A stretch of 64,000 bases of DNA from NCBI GenBank assembly GCA_977020255.1, contig CDROCS010000752.1:62001-126000 (forward strand). The letters run 5' to 3'. Source of the DNA: Obrimoposthia wandeli. Lineage: Eukaryota. Numbering within the stretch: position 1 is the stretch's first letter; each line of letters starts with the position of its first letter. A program made the position numbers and the translations under genes. This document shows, one piece after another, positions 33,700 through 46,900 of the stretch. The notes below the pieces were generated by a model that did no database searches, was not told the origin of the DNA, and saw nothing but the letters and a program-made list of their open reading frames with translations.

Positions 33700-36600
33700 A
33701 ATATTGTCACTTCGAGTGCTAAGTTGCCGGACAGCTCGGTGCTAAGTTGACTCAGTTACTGTGTGGATGAACATTAGCATGAAAATTTTGAAGATTAAGC
33801 TGCATGGCTGCAAAAGGATATTATAGTGAATAATGCTGACAAGATGAAAATCTCCAAGATTGGCCAATAAAGTCTAAAAAGAAAGTTGGATAATTTTAGA
33901 TTTTTATAGAATCTTAGAAAATATGTATTTTAAGCAGAATCAAGATGGAATCAGAGCGTGGTCAGGAGACAGTTGATGATACAAATAGAGATGTCTCAAT
34001 GGTTGGCGTAGTCGGTGAACTCGGAGTCATTAAGTTCAATGGTACTGTGCATAATGTTAATGTTAAAACATCTGGAAAATAGCAGATTATTCTGATGGGA
34101 TGAGGATTCAGCAATTCCTAAAGATTATGGCTTTGAGAAACCTTCAGATATGCAGTAAAGATTTATATCGCCTGCTATTGAAGGGCATGACGAAAAACCT
34201 CAAGCTCAGCTGAAAACCTGCAAGAATATTGCTTTTAGTGAAGCTGTATTATAGGGTATTATTGTTACGAAAGATTAAGTACAAGCCCTGGTTTTTATAC
34301 CGCCATGATATTCACAAGTTTATGAGAGTGTTAGGTGATGATATGGAACCAAAGTCATATGTGTGTGATGGGTTACGAGAATTTAAGAAGTTGTTGGAAG
34401 GTTGGACAGCAGCGTACACGTTATCGACGGTACGCCAGACTGAGTTAATAATATAGTAAAATGAGTCAACTTAAAGATAAATAGTATGAAAATAATTGTA
34501 TTGGATGAAGCTAATGAAATAACAATGCACGGCTACAATAGACTGCGCTACTGATGAAGGCCTAAAGGAATTTGGACAAAGGTGACAGTGAGCATTTCAT
34601 CTCTCTTTCAGATAAAGACCCAAAACTCTAATTCTTAAAGTTCGCTTTTCTATCTTTCTTTTGTCCTGTGAACTCTCTGGGATATAATACAACCTGGACA
34701 CTGTCAAATACTGTGAGGTCCCATATTCAAGGCGATAAGTACAAAGCGGTAAACATAGAAAGCCCAGTATCGAACGAAACTTAAAGAAAAAGACTCTCAA
34801 CAAGCAAGTGAGACTTATGAATGCAAGGAAACTTGAGTACCGGACAGGTGCGATCCAGAAGTCCTCTAGGCAAGTTGTATATTTAAATAGCAAAGCTACT
34901 AAAAGTAAAGTTAGAGAGATCTGACTCTGTTGAGAGAGCTTTCGCAAATCCTTTAGATGGGAAGAGCGAAACGTATGTTGCAGGTGAAGGTGGCTAGGAA
35001 AGTTACAGAAGAAGCTAAGCGTGTTAGAAGATAGAAGAAGAGTGAAAGTAGGAATAAATATCACAGACTGGATAGGATGCAGAAAGATAATAAAGGTCTT
35101 AGACGAGTTGAGTTGGGCAGAGCTGAAGTTGGTAGTGGTTTTTCATTAAAAAATTAACGAAGGTTTCTTTTGTATGAAGTACCAATACCAACTTTTAGAA
35201 GGAGTGGTTGTACGTTAAGCGCAGGTACTTGAAGGTATGGAGCTATCAGCTGTATTGCACCTGTGGGTAGGGATAAGTGGAGTAGAGTCAGTGGCCCGGG
35301 AAGATGAGAAGGACAAGGACTGCAAAGGCAATGTTGACGAGATTGTGGATACTGAGTTTTGATTATGATAGGATACCATGCTTGAAAGACCTGCGATTGG
35401 AGTACGAGGAAAGATATTTGGAGTCGGTTGAGGAGTTTACATACATGTTGAGGTTGGTGCAGAGATTAAGTGATGACGTATCACACAAATGTGTGAAAAA
35501 GGTTTGAATGAGATAGACGATAAGTATCACGAGTTAGAGGAGATAGTGATAAGCCTTACGAAGAAACAAACAGCATAATCATGAAGTAGCCAAACCAGTA
35601 TTTCTAAATTGGCAGAAATGAAAGAACAATTGCTAATAGCAAATGAAGGTAGCCCAGCGAGCGCTCAGACTACTGTTTTTCATTTTGTTTGTGTGTAGAG
35701 ATTATATATCGAGTGAACAAATTTCGTTAGGATGAGAAAGCAGATTTAAGAGGTCTAAAAAAGTTGACGATTACCATTTTGAAGGTAAAAAGGATGAGTT
35801 TGAAAAGTGATGATCAATGTTGAGTTAAGGAAGAGGTAGAGAAGTGCTGACGCATATAATTCGAGTTTGGCGAAACGAAAAGATTGGGACAAAGGGAAAT
35901 TACAAATATGTGAACATTAAACATGGTGATTGTTCAGACATGGAACACTTTTTTGATATGTTAGAAACGGTTATTATAATTTTATAATATTTGAATGAAG
36001 AGGAAGATTGTATGTTTCAGAAATTGGAGGAAGGAGCGCCCAGATGAGAACTCCTCGTGTAAGATGTGATTTACACAGTGAGGATAAGAGAATAAACAGG
36101 TGTTCAGAGCTTAAGGTGTTAAGAGGGTTACTGGTGACTTGCAGATGGTTAATTGGGGGTTGAAATGTAGAAGTTGGACACCCTACACGTTTGTCAGGTT
36201 CCTGTGGTAGAGAGTAAATGTAATGCTGATATTTTGATAAGATTTGATTATATTTATATGCCTTGATCAGTTACGGAAATTGCAAGTTACGGAGGGGAAA
36301 CAAGGAGTGACGATACTTAGGTGGATATGTCTCGGCTGGGTGCCTGGGAATAAAGAGATTCGATATCAAAAAAATTTGATCCAAATATTTCATGTTGACA
36401 CAACTAAATCAGCTAATGCACTGGTTTTGAGAGTTTGAAGATCTGATTAAATCACATGAGAATCAATCAGATGTTGTACAAAAGTTGATAAAGTGAGCAC
36501 TCGGGACAGAGAAATGATAGATAGACGGTATACGATATAAATTCCGTGAAAGATGAGTAGAGAGTCTTCAGAATAAGGTTTTTTTTTCCTATAAACTATC

Positions 36601-36780
36601 TTGATGATCCTCTTCCAAAGGCCACCAATATAAGTTCTGTAGCTTTGTTCTACGACTGCGTTCTAAGTAATTTGCCATATGCTGGTGCCTCACTGATTTC
36701 TGAACTGGTTGACTTGTTCGCACCCTTCTATCTTCTCATTCCCCTGTGTTTTCGTCTGTTATTGTTTTGATCCTCTTGTT
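33700..36780. mobile_element. Nest of heavily degraded LTR-retroelement fragments
   Basis: Purine-rich coding-like composition with many stops. Minus strand 36720-36600 reads KLQNLYWWP (integrase zinc-binding region). Confidence 0.35.
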
Positions 36781-38327
36781 TTTGGGTTTTTTGGATCATA
36801 TTTATCCAATCAATTTTCTAATTACATCCTGGCATTTGCTATTATGTTCTACTGTCTTCTTAGGTAATTGCTCTAAAGACTATTATGTATACTGAACATT
36901 TTATCACATTATAATATTCTCATATATATACACTACAAGTCACGGTCAAATTTTAATATTCTCACTCAATCTTTCCTTTTAAAATTTATCTATTTAATTA
37001 TATTATTTTTTTCGATAATTATTTGGTGATCACTCGTTTTCTATAAATAGCTTCATTTACATGTTTATTTTATTTCTCAATTAACGTATACTAACAAAAT
37101 TAGAAAAATAATAATATAGGTTAGATGTCCATTCTAATTTACCTATTCCCCGTCACCTGAGGACGAGTAAGTAGGCATCCTTAAAGCCGTGTATGTGTGT
37201 CTGAAATGAAAATTCACGCATATGTGTGTAGAGAGAAATCTGGTGCTTGAATGTAAAAATATGTTTATGTCTAGAACGTTTTCAAACTGAGACAGACACA
37301 TACTTTACAACTGTATAAGAGCAGTTTACTGGAGGCAGATGGTACAATGGTCAATGTCATAGATTAAAATGAGAAGATTAAGTTGATGGGAAACGTGTGT
37401 TCCATTGAGCTAGTTCGAGCAGGTGATTACGTTTCTTGTCCTACAATTTGAACTAGAATAGCTTTGGAAATGTCAAATATGTCTTCTCTTTAACTTTCTG
37501 ACTGTGTATAAGTCCTCACTTTTACTAACTATACCATACCACAGCCACTAAAGCACTATACATGACTATTTAAAAATGTGTTATGTGCTTAAAGTAAAGT
37601 CCATGTGTTTTACAAATATTAGAACAAAATAAGGTACTCCAAAGTAGCCACCTCTTGACCAAAGCTTGGAATGCATTATGAGCATATTCTACAGTCCTAC
37701 ATACTTTCAAAAATATGGATCTCCTAGCGAGCTCTGAAGGCTCACGAGGGCTAATTTTATGACGAGTCTGTGTGTTATTTTAACGAGTAAAGATTTTTCG
37801 AATTTCAAATTAAAATAATTCCTTTTTTACTTTTTCAGTAATCCTGTTTAAATCAATTTCTCGTAATATAGGAATATGTAATGATTTTCTGACTTTGTTA
37901 TAAATGAGTCACAATTTGTTTTCAATCATTGATACTGGGTAAAGTGAAAACCTTTTTGAAAATAATTTTTGTTTGACGAAATATTTATGAAGATTATTTT
38001 GTGCAATATAATTAAAATTAACAACATGGAAACTTGATATATTTAATTAAGATTGTCGGAAATATTTACAGATTATTTATAATACAATTCAAGTATTTAT
38101 CAGGTCTAAAACTCTAAGACACATTGTGTTTCAGTGCATTACAAGTGACACAAAGAGTACAATGAAATCATAGGTTACACACAACAAAAATAACTGACAA
38201 TTTTGTGTGTGTGTCTGTGTGTGCTAAGAAAATTTATACTTCAGCTGTGCATCAGACTCATCTTTGTGTGTAAAAATTAAAAATCAATGTAATCAATTGT
38301 TTTGTTCAGTTCAGAACACAGCGCTCT

Positions 38328-39221
38328 ATGACTACAATTGAAATATTTGGATTTTTATTGATTGTGTCACTCTTGGTCAACGGTAACGTCAACTGTCCAA
38401 CCAAGTGTTTCCTCACTCAAGATGATCAAACGCTCCAATGCTTCAACAAATTGTCACTTCCAGCATCCACTTCTCGTCAACTAGAATGCCAATTAAAGCA
38501 AAATCTCAATCGAAAATACATTATAATTGGAAATGGTGAAAAGGTACGAAATGTGGAGCTCATTTCAATGGACAATTTCCATTCTGACTTGAATATCTAT
38601 CTGAACATTTCTGTGGACAATTTATCGTGGAAATCCTTTCAAAATGAATTCAGATCTATGAAGAATTTGATCATCTCGAATATTAGCGGGAAAATGTCGA
38701 GTGACTCTTTTATGTACATGAACAAATTAAAAGAGTTTCGAATCAATTCGTTCGAATATGGTGTTCTCCCCAGCTTCATAAACGTAACTTCACTAAGCGC
38801 AAATAAACTGACAAAGCTTTCCTTCAAGGTTTCTTGTTTTTCTTGTCTAAATCGCAACCTGGATGGTACAGAATCTCGTCAGTACTATCTGGAACCTCTG
38901 AAAACCGATCTTCAAAATGCATTCTGCAGTATCAAATTGACCAAGTGTCATACCAAAGTCCTTGATACAATGTGTCCACATTCACCCAAGAGTGCCGTAG
39001 TTCACGGTGCTCAATTTGCAACAGGTTCAGGAGTTCAAACTTTGACAATCATGATCATAATCATGTCAGTTGTGACCTTCTTCTTTGCTCTGCTAATCAT
39101 TATGCTGGTGGTGTGGATCAGAAGGAAACACGAAGCCCAGATGAACGAGGAGAAGCAGAAATTCTTAGTTGAGGTTCTTGAAGACGAAGTAAACAAAATC
39201 CTCGTTAGTAAACCGGTTTAA
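38328..39221 (+). CDS. Single-exon LRR-like type I membrane protein (paralog B)
   Basis: Intact 297 aa. The central ectodomain is nearly identical to 30075-30971. Confidence 0.85.
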   Translation: MTTIEIFGFLLIVSLLVNGNVNCPTKCFLTQDDQTLQCFNKLSLPASTSRQLECQLKQNLNRKYIIIGNGEKVRNVELISMDNFHSDLNIYLNISVDNLSWKSFQNEFRSMKNLIISNISGKMSSDSFMYMNKLKEFRINSFEYGVLPSFINVTSLSANKLTKLSFKVSCFSCLNRNLDGTESRQYYLEPLKTDLQNAFCSIKLTKCHTKVLDTMCPHSPKSAVVHGAQFATGSGVQTLTIMIIIMSVVTFFFALLIIMLVVWIRRKHEAQMNEEKQKFLVEVLEDEVNKILVSKPV

Positions 39222-40987
39222 TCTGAGTTTAATTCGTAACAGATGCATTTCTTTTTATGTTCTTTCTTATAATTCCAATATAATTAGTGTTGCTTTTTAT
39301 TTCTTTATATACGTCAAAAAATTAAAGTTGTGTTTTAATTCTGAAACAAAAGAATCAGTTTATGCAGAGTTCAGCTAGCAAAAAAAAATTCGTTTTAAAT
39401 AAGTATAAAGAAAACTAACAAAAATATTAACAATTATAATGTTTTTTTAATATCCACTAGATAAAGTGCCCCTTAGTTATATAAACAAACCTGACACACC
39501 CATTTTCAAAATTATTAAGTAAATATAAAATACAACATAAACCACAAACAAATTATTTATATAATTTTTTATTTCAATATGTTCCTTGTGGTTGATATTT
39601 GCCAGCTAGAGCCTGAATAATTGGTTGGATTTCAGTTTGGCAAAGTGATTCTCAGATCATCACGTTAATCAATGTTTAATGAATTTCTATTCTTTGCTGG
39701 AATATGAGCTAACTGCCAAAATACCAGCGTCGACGAAATATGAACTAAAATAATCAATTTTGGAGATAAACGTGTTTAATCCAATTTGGCTGTCCCCAGG
39801 ATTATTTCATATTATCTGGAATGACCTAGATGTAGTTAAAAATATTATATACGTTTTAAAAACATATTTTATTTTACAACATTAGTATTTTTATTATTTA
39901 CACCTGAAACATCTATGGTACGTCGTTTGGGAAGCCTCGCATTAGAGTTTCTCCTATTATTTATTACACATTTTAAGTGGTAGACATTTTGTCGGAAAAT
40001 GTTAAGTTGGAACTTAAATTTAATTCTAATGATTTTTTTAATATCGTTGAGATCTAGTGAGTTTGATAATATTATAATCACAGATTTTTCCACTCACTGA
40101 ATGCGCAAATGAGTTTCAGTTCCGGAATTTATCATTTTCTAGTGATTAAACTTGTTTATATTTACCATTAATATAAAAACTAATCAACTCAAGTACAATC
40201 CAACAACAAAAACATAACAGCAGTCAATTAAACGCGTATTGACAAACTGTTACTTAGTGTATACAGGCTCCCGAAGGTTTTAAGTGTCTAATCAAAGAAG
40301 TTACTAATTCCACAATTTCCGGTTCGATATATATTTGCAATTTTAACTGATTGCTTATTTTAAGCCCTATAAACGCCCCAAAATGTATCCATATCTACAT
40401 TTATAGATGAAAATTTTTAAAATCATACTTTAATAATTTGAAAATTTCTTGCCAACATCTTTCATTTATTTTCCTACTCATATGTGCTACATTCAGCCTC
40501 CTCATCCAACAGTAATACATGATCATTCTAACATTTATTCTTTTCATTTCCATCTTTAAAAATGAGAGTGAAACACCGACTGAAAATCAATGAATCAATC
40601 ATAGTTTGTATCCATAGATTGTATCAGCAGTGCACAAACCATAGACACGTTTTTAATCCATTAATACTTGTATCCGTAGATTTGTAACCACCAAATACAA
40701 CAGTATATTTCGGTGTAATTATTATTACATTGTTGTTAGATTTCCCTTCATAAAATCGGACAAAACTTTCCGATGGTACCTATATTATAAATCGAATAAA
40801 GTTTTAGGTGGAGCTCATTAGAATGCATATAATAGCTACTTCGTTGAGAAGTATTCACAAAACAATAAATCTCAGTTATTTTTATTCTCAAAAATATCAC
40901 AACATATGTGTAAACAGATTTTTTTTTTTATTGTCATCAAAGTTGAATTAATCTTTGGAAAAAAAGAGAAAAGTTAAAAATCAGTTA

Positions 40988-43900
40988 TCAGTCATCTTTC
41001 GGAGTTGTCTGTAAATCGGCCGCTACCGTTCTTTGTTTTTCTTTCTTCAATTTCAGATCTTCTACTCTCGAATGATGCTCCTGGATTTTTCTCAGACGAT
41101 CTTCTTCTAGTAACTAAAATTGCATCTAAAGTTAATTAAAGAATTCTAAACATAAAATAGTTTATCGTTGACCAATATTTTTACTATTAACTTTCATATC
41201 GTTAATTTAAGATATTCTATATTTCTTATTAAAGCTTCTACCGTTCTTAGATTCAAGTTTTTAAAAATTCATGGTTTTATCTTATCTTAAAATGAAGAGA
41301 TAAAAATTATACATTTTACTTTGCGATTGTTTTAAAGTAGTATTGAAAATATATCTATCAAACGTTTACATAATCAATTAGATAGCTGACTATGCTAGTG
41401 GTCGATGAAAGCACTTATCCAAAAGATTGAAGATTTTAACATTAAAAGTACAGTGCAGTTTTTATATTGGCTAATCAATAATCAAAAACAATTTAATAGA
41501 AAATAAATTGTTAAATAGTCGATAGACATTTTGTTGATTGTATATTTTGAGAATAATAATAAGACAATAACATATTTAATATGGTGCTAATATGATTTAC
41601 ACTCAAAAGTGCTCTCTGTTTCCCATTATTTTTCACTGTTTTTAGAATTTTTTCCCATAGTTACAGTTTCTTATATTCATTGAAAGATTGTTGTAAATAT
41701 TTGAAGCATAAATTTCAAATATTCCATTACTGTTTGTTATTTAAGAGTTTCCTTACCAATCTGATGTCATCACTGTTGCTCCTAAGATGTATATACTAAG
41801 AAAATTATATAAATATTTGGGTTTTTTGTGAGAGAATACAGGTTTTGATAATATGTAGGACCTTGAATTCAATTCAAACGGTAACCAATGAAGCTTCGTT
41901 AAATGTTTACTTGTACTAGACCTTTCTATCATTTGAAAATTATTCTGAGGGCCTTGTTTAAATATCAATACAGCAATATTAAAGAGTAAAGAATTTTGAA
42001 AATGAAGTCTTGATGTAAGAATTACATGCGTTAGCATTGTAGTTATCTCAGTAGTGAGGTCATTTTTATTGGGTAAATCTTTGTATGACTGCAGTATGTT
42101 ATTATGTATGAAACTTTTTTAATGCAGTTTATTTTTTTCTTAAATCCAAATAATTTATACCCAGTTTTATTTTCATTCATCTTCAATTTTCTTGATTTCA
42201 TCCATATAGCTATTTGATTAATAAAATTTTTCATTTATGAAAATGCGATTGTGTAGTCATTAGAATCAAAATCACCCTAAAGTTGTGCGTCATCATAATG
42301 AAGTTAGAGCCACTTTACATGACCACATGAAAAGTTACAGTATACATTTTATTCTGGCCTTTTACTTCTTTTATTTCATATTCTAAACTGTGTATGACTT
42401 CCATATTCAATTACAAAAAATAATAATTTTGCTCTTATTTAAAATTCTAGGGTCAAATAAGTTATTTTATCCGCAATATCAGAGTTTTCAAAGTACCTAA
42501 ATATATTATATTAAAATTTCCATGACTGAAAAGAAACGTTTCTTATCAAAGCATTTTTAGGTTTTCGTTAAACAACTATAGAAAAAAGAATTTGAAAATT
42601 ATTTAAACAATTCACAACTATAAAATGAAAATTTAACAAACATTCATCAGTATGTGCTACAAAATGACAACAAAAAAAAACCTTAAATAAAGATGTAATA
42701 ATTTAACTTAATAATAAAATAATTCAAATGCACAGTGAATAATAATTTATATAATAATTTATTTTCATATCATGGAGCTAAGTTTTATAATTGACAAAAT
42801 GAAGATCATAGTATACTACAAAGTGGAATATTTAATTAATTCAGGGAGAGAAAAACATATTATAATATGAAATTAGTACTATAATGGCTATGCTAAAAAT
42901 GAATATTACCTATATTAAACATTGAAGAAAAGTATAGTTTTGCTTATGTAAATATACTTTGGGAAGTTTTATTTGTTTAAGAGATTCCATCTATCGAATA
43001 AGTTTTCAGTATTAGGAGTTATTCAAAATTTACTATAATTCAATTTATAAGTTCATTTTTAATTTATATTATAAAAATTAGTTTAGTGTTGTATTTTTAA
43101 AAAATAACATTATAAACACTGAAGAAAGATTTGATACATGTTTATTGTAAAATGTGCTTTCTCGCTCAAAGAAAAAACAAAGGCCCTCTCCCTGAGTTAT
43201 GAGTGATAAAGTACACTTTTTAGACAACCTGGTCAAGTTTTGGACTTTGACCTCCTGTCTGCTTGATGTGGCCATGACCTCGCGCAAGTTAAACTGCCCT
43301 GCATTTCCGGACAGCTATCATGACAAATGCCAAACCGGAAGCCAAGGTATGTGGCCAAGTCAGAAACTTCTTCAAGAAATGGAACATTCCGATTAATTTC
43401 CAAAAACCACAGCTTAGACCTACAGCTGTCTTGGAGTGTTGCGGTATGATAATTGACCTACACAAACAATAAGTCAGAATTCCAACACAGCAGTGGCACA
43501 TGATTAATGACACCATCAAAAGTCAAATTACGAATATGATGCTATCGGATTTCTAAATTACATCGGCAACATTCTCAAGTAGCCATATGCAGTGAACTAT
43601 CTAGCTACCAGTCTGAGAACTATGCTCTACAAAACTTCAAAGAAATATGCAGCAACTTGGTCGTGGACGAGAACCAATAATGCCACACAAGAAGCTATAG
43701 CCATAGTGCAAACTAGGCCACAGCAAAACGTTATCACGGCAAAGAAGATCCATCTCGATAACATTTACATTCAGGTAGCCCGAGCACTTCTAACAGCACT
43801 CTAGAACGCGGGAAAATCAGGACACAATCATGTGTGATAATATGGGTCTCGTATGGAGCACAAGAAACAGGAGAATTCCGGCGAAAATTCCACAATGGTG

Positions 43901-46900
43901 GGTACTCCTTGAAGTACAAATGTACCATATGGAATCAATTTATACGAACGGACAGCAATCCAGCAGATGCTCCAACAAGGAGTGAGAACCTCAAATGGGA
44001 GCAGCCTACAGACTGGGGATAGGACTTCGCTCTGCGTATGCACCAAGCGATAACATGAGAAAAAGAAACAACGTTCCTTTGTGTATATGTTTTGTTTAAA
44101 AAATGTATGCCTGGAATCTCGGTTAAAATTTTATGGCTTTACAATATCTTTCTCAGGTCGATTACATGACTCTCAGCCTGCCAGGCATGATGTGGTAGGC
44201 TCGACTTTTATATATAAGACTCGGCTAAATATATAGCAATTTGAAGTCTTATTTGGTGTTTTAGATAATAATTATTTATCGTTATTTATTAAATTGTTAT
44301 TTTCTCCAAATTTAAATCTACCTCTTTCCAAAAATTCAAATTTTAAGAACACAAAGAAAATACTTTAACAAATTCATTTTAAATATACATATTTAGATTC
44401 ACTTTTCAAATACTTATTAAATAAATTTATGATTACCAAAAACATTGGTTGTATTTATTCAGTAAAAAGTTGCAATGAAGTGCAATAAAATCATTAAACA
44501 AATACAACTAAAAAGCTATATACAAATGTATTACATGAAAACTATACAATTCAGTAATTTTTCAAATAATCTTCTTATTTAGTCTTGTATATCTACCTGA
44601 GACCGATACAAACTGTTCAGTAGCTGCATCATGATATTCTTCGAATAAATTGGTACAATTACATAGATGCCAACAATGACTTTGACTTCTCAAGCATAAT
44701 TGACCAAGAAAGTTCACTTACAGAGCAATTACTCTCAATTCTCACAAGAGGATTGCACTTTTTGCACGCAAAAGAAAGAAGCTAATACAGCACTGTGGAT
44801 CTTTACAAATGACTAAAGCTAGCAGTCACATATCGTTAGTGAAAGTATCATTCTACCAGTTGTGAAAATAATCACAACGTTCGTTGAGGATGAATAAACG
44901 AATGAAAAAATTTCACGAGTACCATTATCAAATGACACGGTACAGAGACAAATTTTCGACATATCTCAGAATAAATTAAGCTAGGTTATTTTCTATACAG
45001 TTTGACAGCAGGAGATAATGGAATATTCTTTATTAAAAAGAAGTAATGACAAAAAAAGTTTTAAAATGACTGATTCTAAAATATCCAATTATGTCAATTT
45101 ACCGTTGATGAAATGCAATACTTTTAGATTGAAATTGTCTTTTCAAAATATACGGTGCTCAATTTTACATTGAATTACCATCAAACAAAAGAAACTCTAA
45201 AAAATATCAATACATTTTAGAGGTTCTTCCAAATGGTGCCTTAATAAATCAATATGTTATGTTTTGTTATCAATAGAATTTTCTAACCTATAAATAATTT
45301 TTAAGTCTAATATTATTTAGTATACACTATTAATTCACATTATTGACAAAAAAGAGATTATATCTAATAAAATTGAAAAATGAACAAAAATAATGCCAAT
45401 TAAATAACAGAAACAGGACAGTGATTCCTCATTGTGACTAACACATCTGTTCTACGATAAATTTCTGGAATTTTAGAAAGAAACAAAGCAAACAAAAAAA
45501 TCGAATTTATCTTTCACTATTTTATAAATATTCTGATAAATTTTAAATAAAAGAGAATTGTTTTCATTTTTAAAACGACAACCGATTTGTAAAGATTATC
45601 AAATATGAGAAGTTAAAAGGTAATGGAGATATTAATCCTATTTAAGCTAATAATTTTCTTCAATAACAAAATTTCAAATGGAAGCTTTAAAATAATATGA
45701 AATTTCGAGTCAGCTAAACAAAATTAAAATATAAATATAAATTTGTATGCTATATTTATTTAAGTTAAATGCTTAATCATTAATAAATGGTCGCCTACAT
45801 TAGCTACTAATTACTAATGTCATTTGACATTATTTGACTAATTGAACATAAATATTTCAGATATTTGGCATAACTTACCATGATTTGTGATTATTTTTTT
45901 TAAGTATGAGTAGCTGCAATATTTTCTGGTGAACTTTTATTTCAAATTCAAATACATTAAAATATTAAAATACATTTTGGCAAATGATGTTAATATCTTA
46001 TAGAAGAATAGCAAAAAATATATATATATTTAACATGTGTAGTTTATTTTCTTCATAGTTTATATAAGTTTGAAAAAATGTAATGGATATCTTTATATAT
46101 ATGTTATACATTTTACATTATTCTTTAAAATAATTTCATGATAATAGTTTAAATCTCTTTCGAAACTTTTCCTTTTTTTACTTTAGAGATCTCCATTTTC
46201 AGTAATAAAATGTTATTTTTATGTTTAATTTTAAATTACAATAAAGTCAGAAAACACATTGAACTTAAATAATTAAATTTTAAAACATTATTTTAATATG
46301 ATTAAAATAGAAATACGTCATCTAAATAAATAAAAAAGTATTTAAACATGTTTCGGGCATGAAAACTTATCATCAGTACTGACGTAAATGAAAAGTATGT
46401 CATTAAACATGCTGAAAGTAGCATTGTGCAGCATCCATAGTTTTCTATATATGATAACACCTATCAATAGAAAACGTCTCACTCATATTTTCACAGTAAA
46501 TCCAGTGATAAAAGATAGAATACTTCCTACAAAACTACCCCTCCGTAACTCTAGTTTGAAGATGATGATTTGTCTCCCCTATAAGCAGTATCACACTCAT
46601 GATATGAATATACTATATTACAGATAATAGATTTTGGTATAAAATATTCGTTAATAACGTCGATTTGAAAATGTAACGTATTGATTTGATCATTTTTTAA
46701 ATTTCTGGAAATTTCTTGAATCGAATGAACAAAGAAAAATGTATCTTATTTTGTCATAAATGTTTTTTACTATTATTTTTGTGCCTACATAAGTTTTAAA
46801 TAAAAATAATAGATTTGAATAAGTTTTTTAAAAAAAAGTAATGTTTAATTATGAATGAAAATCCAACTACTATTAGAACCGACGATATACTGACAAATTT

